Positions 1 to 9,911 of a stretch of 64,000 bases of DNA are shown here, one piece after another. The number at the start of each line of letters is the position of its first letter. The stretch's first letter is position 1. Source of the DNA: a bacterium (GTDB lineage: Bacteria > Hinthialibacterota > Hinthialibacteria > Hinthialibacterales > Hinthialibacteraceae); the NCBI GenBank assembly GCA_963662285.2, contig CAXXMV010000001.1:736001-800000 (forward strand). Reading direction: 5' to 3'. The notes under the pieces were generated by a model. It did not search any database. It worked only from the letters and a program-made list of their open reading frames with translations, and was not told the DNA's origin. The translations under genes and the position numbers were made by a program.

Positions 1-124
1 AACGCGTCGCAGCCAGTTTGGCCAGCAGCATGAAATATTCATCCCATGATGGCCGGTAATCACTAAGCGAAACTCCTAATTCGGACATATCGCCGTCGTG
101 TATAGTAGGAATATCTTCAGCCAT
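1..124 (-). CDS. dCMP/deoxycytidylate deaminase, 5' part (runs off window start)
   Basis: Manual translation MAEDIPTIHDGDMSELGVSLSDYRPSWDEYFMLLAKLAATR; RPSWDEYFM..A..AATR is the N-terminal signature of dCMP deaminases; GGGGAG RBS upstream. Confidence 0.8.
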   Translation of the reverse strand, partial: MAEDIPTIHDGDMSELGVSLSDYRPSWDEYFMLLAKLAATR

Positions 125-228
125 GGCGCCAACTCCCCTGATTTGATATATTATCACAATACACAATATATTGGATACGCACCATGTCAAGACCACAATA
201 TACGTTTTATATGTATTAAAATAGAAAA

Positions 229-265
229 CGAGTGGAAGGATCGCATAGAACGTCCCCTCCACTCG
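229..265 (-). terminator. Probable intrinsic terminator after the TIM-barrel gene
   Basis: CGAGTGGA..GGA / TCC..TCCACTCG stem followed by a T-run on the minus strand. Confidence 0.5.
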
Positions 266-309
266 CTAGTTTTTCTATTCAAGATAAACTATGTGCGAAT
301 CAATTCAAA

Positions 310-1194
310 CTACACATCGCATAGAAGCACGGCGTCCTTGAGTGATTGCATTCCGTGTTTCGGGACAAACTCATGGGCGACATAGCCGTTGTATTTGCCG
401 TTTTCCTGTAATTCAGCAATAGCATTCATAATTGCTGGATAGTTGAGTTCTTGAGTATCATCCAGGTCTTTACGTCCGGGATTGCCGCCAGTATGGAAGT
501 GACCGATATAATCGATGTTATCACGGATAACCCGAATCACGTCGCCTTCCATAATCTGCATGTGGTAGATGTCATATAGAAGTTTAAATCTTGGAGAATC
601 AACTCTTTTGCACAATTCTACTCCCCACAAGGTTTTGTCGCACTGATAGTCGCGATGATCCACTTTGCTGTTGAGCAGTTCCATGCAGATGGTGACGTCA
701 TTATCTTCAGCAATTTTAACTGCTTCTTTTAGGATGGCGGAGCAATTATCCCAGGCTTCGTAGTCGGTTCTACCCGCACGACTGCCGGAAAAGCAGATAA
801 CATTGGGCCATTTATATTTTGCAGCTGCAGAGATGTTATTTTTGAAGGCTTCCATCTGGTCTTTATGGAGTTTCTTATCATTCAAGCCTTGGCCAATGCT
901 TGAGGCGCCATTTGCCATTGTTGCGACCAAGCCGTAATTCTTGCATATATCCCATTGTTTGGGATCACTGATCAAATCGATGCCCCGCAGCCCCATCTCA
1001 GCGCATTGCTTGGCGAAGGCGTCGAAATCTTCGACAACGCCGCCATAGCACCATCGCGAAACGGATTGTTTGATGCGTCCTTTTAATTTGGTTTCATCAG
1101 CGCTGGCGATAGCGGTATTTCCAACCGACGCCGCAACAGCGCCCCCGGCGATAGAAGCAATTGCAGTCCGGCGATTAATTGTATTATCAGACAT
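310..1194 (-). CDS. Tat-exported hydroxypyruvate isomerase-like (xylose isomerase-like TIM barrel) protein
   Basis: NRRTAI twin-arginine leader; MELLNSKVDH, LLYDIYHMQIMEGD and HFHTGGNPGR motifs of the Hyi/AP_endonuc_2 family. Confidence 0.85.
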   Translation of the reverse strand: MSDNTINRRTAIASIAGGAVAASVGNTAIASADETKLKGRIKQSVSRWCYGGVVEDFDAFAKQCAEMGLRGIDLISDPKQWDICKNYGLVATMANGASSIGQGLNDKKLHKDQMEAFKNNISAAAKYKWPNVICFSGSRAGRTDYEAWDNCSAILKEAVKIAEDNDVTICMELLNSKVDHRDYQCDKTLWGVELCKRVDSPRFKLLYDIYHMQIMEGDVIRVIRDNIDYIGHFHTGGNPGRKDLDDTQELNYPAIMNAIAELQENGKYNGYVAHEFVPKHGMQSLKDAVLLCDV

Positions 1195-1460
1195 AATTAC
1201 ACTCCTCTCTTGATAAAGTCATACTTCATTATAGGGAAATAATGATTCTCTAGTATAGGAAAGCGCTGCAAAAAGTTTTTTTTAATGATTATATTTCAGG
1301 CTTTTTTATTTCTTCTTTTGAGATAACGTATAAATTAAAGATATTACGCTACTATATAAAGAATGGTGTTTGTTTATTCTTTACAATTAAGCGTAAACAT
1401 TCATTAATGACAATGCTCTTATCAGAATCAATTTAATTATATATATATTTTGGGGAAATA

Positions 1461-3395
1461 ATGAATTTTTTTGATGATCCAATGTCCTTAGACCATACTG
1501 GACATACCTATAGAGTAATCATATCCATCATTTTATCAGTATCAGTTCTATTGCTCATTCCTTTATGCTTTATATTGTTAAGCCCGGGTTGGACAGATGA
1601 ACGTTATGATCGCCAGGTGTTTAATCCAAATAAGATAACGACAATTGAAGGCGAACAGGGCTATATCGAAAAATGGGAGGGTGATGAACAAACTCCACCA
1701 ATTGATTTTTTCGAGACCGTATCTCAAAATGACAATCCTGATCAAAAACTATTCCAAATAAAACGTTCAGCTAAAATAGGATACGCCGGTTTTGATATCT
1801 GCTTAGATAGTCCAATGCAGGAAGATGATTCAATAATTCTAACCATATCTAATCAGGGTGAAGCATTTGAGATGGAGATAAGTCTGATCGAAAAAGAATC
1901 TCCAGGTTGCGCCATACCGGAAGATTGGCAGACAAAAATATACCTACCCTCAAATACATGGACTCGCCAACGGATTCTTTTATCAAATTTTAAATTGAAT
2001 GAAGATTATCAACCTCTTAATAAAGTTGGCAACCAGAAATTAGATATCAAATCACTGGATCATATAGCTTTCGTTTTACCTCCAGATAAGTCGATAAACA
2101 TTTTATTAGGATCAATATTTTTCAGAAGTAAACAGTCATCAATCCATACAATTGCGCTGGCCATTATTTTCCCTATATGGCTTTTTCTAGTTTTCCGGGA
2201 CAGCAAAAAAAATGCGTCACGCCAATCATCTCTTTTGAATTTTATAAATCTCATTACTTTACTGACTTACTTATTTGGTTCTTTGTCGATCTGCTTATTG
2301 ATAAATCAAACAGGAGAATTAATCGGGAATATTTATGGGCTATTAACCGTATTAAGCATAATATCATTGTTTCATGTGGAGATTCATCATCGAATAAATG
2401 CTGACATCACCAGGATATGCTCCTTTGTTTTTCCCATGATTATTGCTCTAATTATTTTTGTTTTCGATCATCAGTGTACTGTCACGCCCTTATTCTTCGC
2501 TGCCAGTTGCTTCTTGCTTATCGCCCATTTCGAAATTTCCGGATTGATGCTTGGCCTGGTTTATTTGGTTATCTTTCTTGCATTACAAGTGACTATTTTT
2601 TCTCAACCAGTTAATATCATCGGAATAAGCATTGCTTTCTTAATCCAGTTATTTTTCACCTTCTTCGTTATTTACATCAAGCATTACTCATCATCAAAAA
2701 CCGTGAAAATGTTAGAGCAGAAAAAAGAAGAAATTGAAAAAAAATACAAAGATTTGATGGAACATAAATCTCAACTGCAAAAAACGTTAGAGCAATTCCA
2801 GAAAAATTTATGGAAGGATGAATTAACTGACGTCGCTAATTATAGTTTTTTTGAAGATCATTACCAAAAATTGTGGCGTCATTCCCTTCGGCATAAGATT
2901 CCCGTATCAATCGCAATTTGCGACATAGATAATTTCTCGGATTTCAATCAATCCTTCAACAGTAAAGCTGGTGATGCTTGCCTGAAGTGGGTGGCGATGG
3001 TTTTGAATGCTTCCTACAACCGCCCCTTCGATATAGTGGCTCGCAAGGATAATGAGGATGTCTTCATCATGTTATCCTGTGGTGTTCCGGCCCAGGAAAC
3101 AGCCTATTATGTTGATACCGTGAGGCAAAAGATTGAGCGATTGGGAATCTCTAACCAACAAACCGACACGGATGAAGTAGTTACAGTGTCGATCGGAGTT
3201 TCCGGCGTGATTCCAAGTTACATGACCAGCCCGGAAAAATTGTTCTCTAACGCTTATGATGCGCTCAAAAAAGCCAAAGAAAAAGGCAAAAACCTCGTCA
3301 TGCTTCACATTCATATCGATGAAGATGAGAATAGCAATATCGCCTTTCGCAAAGAACCGGTGTTTCTTAAAATCGACAAGCAAGACGCTTCTTAA
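1461..3395 (+). CDS. Membrane protein with extracytoplasmic carbohydrate-binding-like domain, several TM helices, coiled coil and degenerate GGDEF domain
   Basis: DELTDVAN, DIDNF..FN, GDACL, TVSIGVS, AKEKGKN GGDEF-domain motifs; active site reads KDNED. Confidence 0.8.
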   Translation: MNFFDDPMSLDHTGHTYRVIISIILSVSVLLLIPLCFILLSPGWTDERYDRQVFNPNKITTIEGEQGYIEKWEGDEQTPPIDFFETVSQNDNPDQKLFQIKRSAKIGYAGFDICLDSPMQEDDSIILTISNQGEAFEMEISLIEKESPGCAIPEDWQTKIYLPSNTWTRQRILLSNFKLNEDYQPLNKVGNQKLDIKSLDHIAFVLPPDKSINILLGSIFFRSKQSSIHTIALAIIFPIWLFLVFRDSKKNASRQSSLLNFINLITLLTYLFGSLSICLLINQTGELIGNIYGLLTVLSIISLFHVEIHHRINADITRICSFVFPMIIALIIFVFDHQCTVTPLFFAASCFLLIAHFEISGLMLGLVYLVIFLALQVTIFSQPVNIIGISIAFLIQLFFTFFVIYIKHYSSSKTVKMLEQKKEEIEKKYKDLMEHKSQLQKTLEQFQKNLWKDELTDVANYSFFEDHYQKLWRHSLRHKIPVSIAICDIDNFSDFNQSFNSKAGDACLKWVAMVLNASYNRPFDIVARKDNEDVFIMLSCGVPAQETAYYVDTVRQKIERLGISNQQTDTDEVVTVSIGVSGVIPSYMTSPEKLFSNAYDALKKAKEKGKNLVMLHIHIDEDENSNIAFRKEPVFLKIDKQDAS

Positions 3396-3413
3396 CTATT
3401 TTCCTGAAGAACT

Positions 3414-6400
3414 TTAGAAATTCATCCACTCTCGAATGTAAGTCGAATCGCCCTCTTCGACATACTCACCCGGAGAACCTCCTGCTTGTTCACACACCTG
3501 CCAATTCTCAGGATCATTATAATCTCCGCTGGTTGATACTATTGCTAACGAATACCCCTCACCATCAGCCGATTCAGGCCAGGGGGCGTTATCATCGTAT
3601 TCAAACTCCTGGATAACTACATCGCCAATACTTTCTAACTTAATCTTCTCACCGCCATTATCCAAACGGCCTTCGTATTGACCAATGACGTTTAGTTCCG
3701 ATCCATAGCGCAATTGAAAAGCAGCCTGATTTCTGACCACTAGAACAACTTCACCAGGTTGCAGAATTATTTTTGATGCATCAGCGAAATCGAATTGGAT
3801 GCCGTTAGTAAAAGAAACTGTTGACAAATCCAACACATCATTCTGGCTGATATTCATGATTTCAATAAATTCAAATTCATCATTATCATATCCCGCCAGA
3901 ATTTCAGCATCGCTGGAAGCCGAGGGATTATAGTATAATTCTGTTATTCTCAGCGAATTTTCCAAAGACGATGGAATGTTAAACGCCGCTTCACTCAAAG
4001 CAGACCAGATATCACCACTGGCGCTGCGAACCATTACCTGTGCAGATTGATTCAGAACAACAGGTAGACCTTCATATTTTATGGCCGCCGAAGATATGGC
4101 GCCGCCGGGAAGGCGGGGATCTTCACCATCAAGCGTATAATAGATATCTTCAATATCTCCAGTGAATGTAAGTTGAAAACCGGGTTCAACCTCTCCACCA
4201 TGTTGATTTAACACCGGAGGATCGATATCAGGATACCACCCCTTACTTTTGATCTGACTGAAAACTACATCGGTGCGAGTCTTGGGAGAAGCCTGGATAT
4301 AGTCGTCTATAATCCGATTCACTATCGGCAGCCAGTGATCATTTTTGGTCATGGGGGCGTTGGGCGATAGATAGTCGCCCCAGCGGGCTGATTCAGCGAT
4401 TACCGCCATATCAATCTCGGCTTTACGACTGATAAATATCTCTGAAGATATTTCAGGCGTCAATACGCCGCTGTTAAAGAAATGCTTATAGACGCGGTCG
4501 GCGAAACGTAGACGGTACTCGGCGCTGTCTTCTAGAAGTTTATTGTTTAAGTACCAGGGATTACAATACTTTTGGGTTTTCAACGATGAAATCAATGTTG
4601 TGCTTAACCGGTTATAGTTCACTCCCTGGGTGAGATGTACGCCCAGAGTATGTTCATTATCATGAGTAATAAATTTCACGCCGTCAGGTTCGTTTCTATT
4701 AAATATTGCATACATGTTTCTCGGTTGCCTGTCGCTGTCTGGAGGACCAATGGGGCTATCCCTGTTACCGGTATAGAAAATCAGCAGCATGTAATCGATC
4801 AGGTTATTTACATCCAACAGTTTTTTATTCTCTTCAACCTCAGTAAGCCCATCAGACGCCAATCCCTGGAGGCGAAAGTAATCTTCTTTGTCAGAAAGGC
4901 CATTATTGACCTCCGTCCAGAGTTCATAATAATCATCCAGTTGACCATCGGCGGCGTATATGGTTCCGTCGGTATCATTATCAGATTTCAAGACATCGTA
5001 ATCTTCTTCATCGCCGCCCATATATGATGCAGAAAAACTGGATTCAGGGCGTTCTTCGGTCTGGTATAATCCCCAGTACTGCCCGTTAATATACAGGTGA
5101 TAATACCGGCTGCGCGTGTATGGATGCCCCATGCGCGCTTGAGAGTCGCGCGTATGGATATCGTACAGCCATGTGCTGTTCTCAGTGTTGCTGCCAGCAG
5201 ATAGATGCCAGGAGAAATTCTGTCCGGTGCGCAGATCAATTTTATCAAATTCAGAAACGCCCTCATCTTCAAAAAGGGGATAATTCAATTTTGCGTCGCC
5301 ATACTCTGAACGGAAAAACAGGCGAAACGAGTGTTTAGGATTATTGGCATTTCTACTCATCCCCCCGCGAATCCGTAATCCAGCATTCACCTGGAAACCT
5401 TCCCGTTGATCAGGATGAATCAATTCCAGAGATATTTTTCTCTCCCATTCCCGGCCATCTTGTAAAGCGTTTGCATAGATGCCGCTGGTTGAGTCGAACA
5501 GGTTATCCAAGTCAGTAACAATCGAAAGGGTGGATATGGATAACAAAGCCTCTTCCATTTGTTCTGCATATACCGGATCACCCGTCACATCGAGGTCCAT
5601 GCCATAATCTATAGCCTGCGAACTGCTGCCACCGCCAGGAAAATCCGGTCGACCAGGACGATTGGACTGGCCAGATTGCCCGCTTGGATCAGGCCATTGC
5701 TCACCAGGCGCCTCGCCTGTGGGCGATTGATTAATTACATCTTGCACGAAAATATAGGTATTGGTTTTGACCTTAGCTGGAATATAGCCTTCTTTGAAAG
5801 CAGCAGCTCGTAAGACAGTGGTTGAACTTATCGAGATCAAACCGGAATAAATTTCGCCATAATCTTCCGCCGGTTCACTGCCATCCAGGGTATATCGAAT
5901 CGTAACGTCTGGAGTATCAGAAGTAATTTCCAGATCAAACGGCTCATCATAAAAGCCGCGTTCTACGCTGAACTCTATTTTTTCGATGGCGCCTTCATAT
6001 ATGGTTCCATTGCCTTCTCCGGGAGTGGCGATATCGAAATATCCTTCTTGCGTCAGTGCGCTGTCGGTTCCATAAGAAATATCCTTTTTCTGTTCGGGAT
6101 AATCCTCATACTGATGGACTATTGTGGCGCCGTCATACATAACCAGCGCAATATCCTCACCGCTGCTGTCTAACTTAAAGTTGGTATGGATATAAGCCAG
6201 ATCGTCGATGTAATTATCTTCGTCACCCTTGCCGGAAGCGATTAGAACTAGATAAGCGCCGGGTTGTATGGTTAGATCGATGATATCAGCTGAAGGGAAA
6301 TTCCATTTTCTTAAATCTGTCAGATCGTCGGTTAGATACCATGAATTAATTTTGACTGCCTCAGATGTAGGGTTATAAATCTCGATCCAATCCGAATTTT

Positions 6401-6584
6401 CATCATTACCATCGGTGAATGAATCAGAATTATTAGCCATAAATTCACTGATAATTAGCCCCGGTAAATCAACCGCTATAGATGGTTGAGAGGCCAAAAC
6501 AAAAATGGCGCTTAAACAAATCATCATATATTTCATAGATAAAATATTCACATATTGTTTCTGAGGTTTACTTATTCGCAGCAT
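3414..6584 (-). CDS. Secreted CotH-kinase-family protein with lamin-tail and chitobiase/FN3-like domains
   Basis: Signal peptide; LTD motifs ISEFMANN..DWIEIYN and ITELYYNP..EFIEI; IRYTLDGSEP; CotH motifs RIRGG..R, HLYINGQYWGLY, HDNE. Confidence 0.85.
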   Translation of the reverse strand: MLRISKPQKQYVNILSMKYMMICLSAIFVLASQPSIAVDLPGLIISEFMANNSDSFTDGNDENSDWIEIYNPTSEAVKINSWYLTDDLTDLRKWNFPSADIIDLTIQPGAYLVLIASGKGDEDNYIDDLAYIHTNFKLDSSGEDIALVMYDGATIVHQYEDYPEQKKDISYGTDSALTQEGYFDIATPGEGNGTIYEGAIEKIEFSVERGFYDEPFDLEITSDTPDVTIRYTLDGSEPAEDYGEIYSGLISISSTTVLRAAAFKEGYIPAKVKTNTYIFVQDVINQSPTGEAPGEQWPDPSGQSGQSNRPGRPDFPGGGSSSQAIDYGMDLDVTGDPVYAEQMEEALLSISTLSIVTDLDNLFDSTSGIYANALQDGREWERKISLELIHPDQREGFQVNAGLRIRGGMSRNANNPKHSFRLFFRSEYGDAKLNYPLFEDEGVSEFDKIDLRTGQNFSWHLSAGSNTENSTWLYDIHTRDSQARMGHPYTRSRYYHLYINGQYWGLYQTEERPESSFSASYMGGDEEDYDVLKSDNDTDGTIYAADGQLDDYYELWTEVNNGLSDKEDYFRLQGLASDGLTEVEENKKLLDVNNLIDYMLLIFYTGNRDSPIGPPDSDRQPRNMYAIFNRNEPDGVKFITHDNEHTLGVHLTQGVNYNRLSTTLISSLKTQKYCNPWYLNNKLLEDSAEYRLRFADRVYKHFFNSGVLTPEISSEIFISRKAEIDMAVIAESARWGDYLSPNAPMTKNDHWLPIVNRIIDDYIQASPKTRTDVVFSQIKSKGWYPDIDPPVLNQHGGEVEPGFQLTFTGDIEDIYYTLDGEDPRLPGGAISSAAIKYEGLPVVLNQSAQVMVRSASGDIWSALSEAAFNIPSSLENSLRITELYYNPSASSDAEILAGYDNDEFEFIEIMNISQNDVLDLSTVSFTNGIQFDFADASKIILQPGEVVLVVRNQAAFQLRYGSELNVIGQYEGRLDNGGEKIKLESIGDVVIQEFEYDDNAPWPESADGEGYSLAIVSTSGDYNDPENWQVCEQAGGSPGEYVEEGDSTYIREWMNF

Positions 6585-6642
6585 TATGCATCTCCAATAA
6601 GTTTGATTCTATTTATGTACTGTTATTAAAAGCATATCTATT

Positions 6643-6658
6643 AGTAAGAAATATGCCA
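6643..6658 (-). promoter_or_regulatory. Possible sigma54 promoter (imperfect -12) for the CotH gene
   Basis: TGGCATATTTCTTACT on the minus strand; -24 element good, -12 reads AC instead of GC. Confidence 0.35.
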
Positions 6659-6708
6659 AACCTATATTTGGATTATTCCCTTATAAAAAAAGAACTTTCT
6701 GAAAGGAT

Positions 6709-6757
6709 TGCGCAAGAATTGCTCTAAGCCAAAAGTAGACATGAGCAATATATGCTC
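6709..6757. promoter_or_regulatory. Two related palindromic operator/enhancer sites
   Basis: TGCGCAAGAATTGCTC (6709-6724) and TGAGCAATATATGCTC (6742-6757), G(A/C)GCA-N6-TGCTC. Confidence 0.45.
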
Positions 6758-6875
6758 GATTTGCACTAACTATTTTCTGAACTACAATGGTTGACGCACA
6801 ATACTCTTTCATGAGAGGATCAACCGCTTACACAAGTTCATTCAATCGATGAAATCAGGCAGGAGGAGTAAATAA

Positions 6876-7613
6876 ATGGAACGACGTTCATTCGTAACAA
6901 TGTCAGGTATAGCAGTAGCCGCATCTTCAACGGGAACCGCAATGGCTTCAGAAAACAGCGCCGAGAAAATCAAGGTTGCTCTGCTCACAGGAGGGCATTC
7001 ATTTGATTTGCCCAATTTTTATAACATGCTCGAACAACTCAAGGGCGTGAAAGTTTATCCTCAACACCTGGAGAATTTCGCATCCAGCACCGAAGAGATT
7101 CGCGACTCCTATGATGTAGTGGGTTTTTATAATATGCATAATCCTATCCCTACAGATGAAGGCAGTACCTGGTGGTCGGGCAAGCCCAAGACCGCTCTAG
7201 AACGTTTATATAAGAATGGCCAAGGCATTGTTTTGATCCATCATGCCATCCTGGCATGGCGCGAATGGGATTTATGGAATGAAGCGGTCGGCTTCAAAAC
7301 GCGCAGTTTTAAGTACAAACCAAACATTAATATGTCAATCAAAATAGCAGACAAGAATCACCCGGTCACGAAAGGCCTGAACGATTTCGAAATCGTGGAC
7401 GAAGGTTACATCCTAAACAGCAAGCATGACGGCAAAGGCAAAGTGCTGCTGACAACACAGCACGAAAACGCCATGCAAGAAGTAGTCTGGACCCGTAAAT
7501 GCCAAAACAGCAATGTGTTCTGCATCGCCCTGGGCCACGATAACCTAGCCTGGTCTAATCCGGGCTTCCAGCGAGTCGTTAGCAATGGAATGCAATGGAG
7601 CGCGGGGAAGTAA
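6876..7613 (+). CDS. Tat-exported ThuA-like (class I glutamine amidotransferase-like) domain protein
   Basis: MERRSF Tat leader; TGGHSFD, GIVLIHHA, HPVTKGL.DF...DE, ALGHD motifs. Confidence 0.85.
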   Translation: MERRSFVTMSGIAVAASSTGTAMASENSAEKIKVALLTGGHSFDLPNFYNMLEQLKGVKVYPQHLENFASSTEEIRDSYDVVGFYNMHNPIPTDEGSTWWSGKPKTALERLYKNGQGIVLIHHAILAWREWDLWNEAVGFKTRSFKYKPNINMSIKIADKNHPVTKGLNDFEIVDEGYILNSKHDGKGKVLLTTQHENAMQEVVWTRKCQNSNVFCIALGHDNLAWSNPGFQRVVSNGMQWSAGK

Positions 7614-7637
7614 TATCGTAATAGATATAGAAAAAAA

Positions 7638-7676
7638 GTATGCTGCGATGGAATTACCAATTCCTTCACAGCATAC
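7638..7676 (-). terminator. Intrinsic terminator between convergent genes
   Basis: GTATGCTG...CAGCATAC stem with T7 tail on the minus strand. Confidence 0.6.
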
Positions 7677-7738
7677 ATACTTCTATAAATCACTCTAAAA
7701 TAAATTGCTATTCATTCAATCAGAGCACGCTGACATGC

Positions 7739-9583
7739 TCAATCATAAACCGACCAATTTTGCACATTCACAGGAATTGAATCGGCTAATTCGACTTTCA
7801 AATAAATCGTCCGCCCTCCGTGATAATTGGCTATTTCACTAAGCATGTAATCCGTTTCTGCATAACCAGTCGATGTATCCCACTGGAAAATTTCCGGATT
7901 TTCTCCGGAATCGTTTAACGGAATGCCTGCGTAACCAGCATACTCCCCATTAATCCAAGCCGCCGCAGTATCATCGCCCTCAAGTCTCAATGTCAATCCG
8001 GTTATAGAATCATAATTTGATATATCAAAAGTTGAACGTGTATAAACAGTTTCAACCGTAGGATCGAGCAACGTCTCTCCGACCTCTCCCAAAGCAGTGC
8101 CATACCCTATAGTAAAACCCGTTCCGGTTGATATTTCCCATCCAGAATCATCAAAATCTCTTGATTGCCACTGCGGCTCTTCTCCACCACTTCCATCTTC
8201 AAAGAAAACGCTTTTCCAACGGAAAATTGTATCTTCCGGCCACCCGCCAACCGCGCTCGAATCCTGCACATAGACGGCTCCATTATTATCAGTTAATTCT
8301 GCTGTAACCGCCAAGTCGCTGCTTTCGTTACTACCATTCCATGCTCCAACTGCTAAAACATTGTTCTCTTTATATAACTTGACCACGGGTAAATCTGATC
8401 CTTCGAGATAATCAAATGTGGATTTATGCGTATTAAACAGGTATTTACTCCAATATGTTTTAGCGTTATTCGCCATACCAACAATGGTTATCCCATTCTG
8501 CACATCATACAAAAACCACGTACAAAAACCAGGAACGCCTCCACTATGATGAATTAACCTATCAGTAATTTTAGTAGAATTAAGCGTATACACGCTTCCC
8601 CCCATCACTCCAGAATAAACTCCTAATCCATACCCACTTTCCGTTGTTCCATATTGCGGAGCTATCATCTGATTGACTGACTCAGAAGTTAAAAAATCTG
8701 CATCAAACAATTGAAGGAGAAAGCGAATATAATTATCGACTGTTGAAATCACATTCCCGCTGCAATACCGCCAAGATAAATCATATCCATCAATCATACT
8801 GGCATCATAGTATGTATAATAACCAGCTACGTCAGAAGCAGGCGGCTCTTCATATCCCCATCCCCCAAAGTATGTATCACTCAACTGCATAGGTTCTAGA
8901 ACAACTCGACGGAAAAGAGCACTCAGAGATTCTCCTGTCGCCTTTTCTAATATCATTCCTATAATCACATAATTAGTATTAGAATAGTGGAATTGAGCAT
9001 TTTCACCTGGAGTAAAATATGGGTCATAAACCTCCATTTCCCAAATTATATCTTCAGGCGTTACAGATACATCTTTCATGATATTATCAATATCTGGAAT
9101 ATCTTCAATATCAAAAACTCCACTAGTGTGGCTCAACAGATGCCTAATCGTAATTATGTCGATATTAGGGATTTGTGAATCCGGCAACCATTTCTCTATC
9201 GTATCATCAAGAGACAATTGCCCCTCTTCAACCAGTTTCAGAGTCAAAACGGATATCATAGCCTTGGTAAGGCTTCCAATCCTAAAAAGATCATCAGATT
9301 TCATGACAATAGGAGAAATATCACTATTGCCCTCAGATTGCAAATCACCAACATCGGCATACCCCGCCGCTCCTGTCCATAGCCCTTTACCACGGACATG
9401 GACAGCCATGGTCATGCCTCCTTGATAACCTAAGTTTTCAAAATCGAGAAAATTTGTCTCTATTTGCTTTTGAAGAACCTGCGCCAATCCTTCATCTTCC
9501 AAAGGCTGTAATTCCATTGACTGGACATAAATTACAGATACAAAAACAATGATGATTAATAATATTGCTCGCAAATATCTCAT
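7739..9583 (-). CDS. Secreted serine hydrolase (beta-lactamase class C / peptidase S12 family) with C-terminal jelly-roll-like domain
   Basis: FRIGSLTK (SxxK), LLSHTSG, YSNTNY (YxN), HSGGVPGF; signal peptide. Confidence 0.85.
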   Translation of the reverse strand: MRYLRAILLIIIVFVSVIYVQSMELQPLEDEGLAQVLQKQIETNFLDFENLGYQGGMTMAVHVRGKGLWTGAAGYADVGDLQSEGNSDISPIVMKSDDLFRIGSLTKAMISVLTLKLVEEGQLSLDDTIEKWLPDSQIPNIDIITIRHLLSHTSGVFDIEDIPDIDNIMKDVSVTPEDIIWEMEVYDPYFTPGENAQFHYSNTNYVIIGMILEKATGESLSALFRRVVLEPMQLSDTYFGGWGYEEPPASDVAGYYTYYDASMIDGYDLSWRYCSGNVISTVDNYIRFLLQLFDADFLTSESVNQMIAPQYGTTESGYGLGVYSGVMGGSVYTLNSTKITDRLIHHSGGVPGFCTWFLYDVQNGITIVGMANNAKTYWSKYLFNTHKSTFDYLEGSDLPVVKLYKENNVLAVGAWNGSNESSDLAVTAELTDNNGAVYVQDSSAVGGWPEDTIFRWKSVFFEDGSGGEEPQWQSRDFDDSGWEISTGTGFTIGYGTALGEVGETLLDPTVETVYTRSTFDISNYDSITGLTLRLEGDDTAAAWINGEYAGYAGIPLNDSGENPEIFQWDTSTGYAETDYMLSEIANYHGGRTIYLKVELADSIPVNVQNWSVYD

Positions 9584-9840
9584 ACATAATTCTCCTTTGA
9601 ACTGTTTTTTATAAATTAATAGTAATTGAGCGATTATAAAAACAAGCTACGTCAATGCGATTTCAATAAGCATATATTTTAATTAATCGCTATAACATTG
9701 AAACGAATGCTAATGATTAGAATTATTGCATATGCAAATCATCAAAAATAGGTATCCAATTAAACATTATACTATTTCCTCCCATTTTATTAATCTGATA
9801 ATCGATTTAATATTTCTTTGGTTTTCTATGATTAACCGCG

Positions 9841-9869
9841 TTGACTTGTAAAAATCCGTCCGATATACT
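9841..9869 (+). promoter_or_regulatory. Sigma70-type promoter of the GntR gene
   Basis: TTGACT-N17-TATACT. Confidence 0.65.
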
Positions 9870-9911
9870 CATCGGGAATCAATTCATAATATTATAATTT
9901 ATTGGGGCGTC

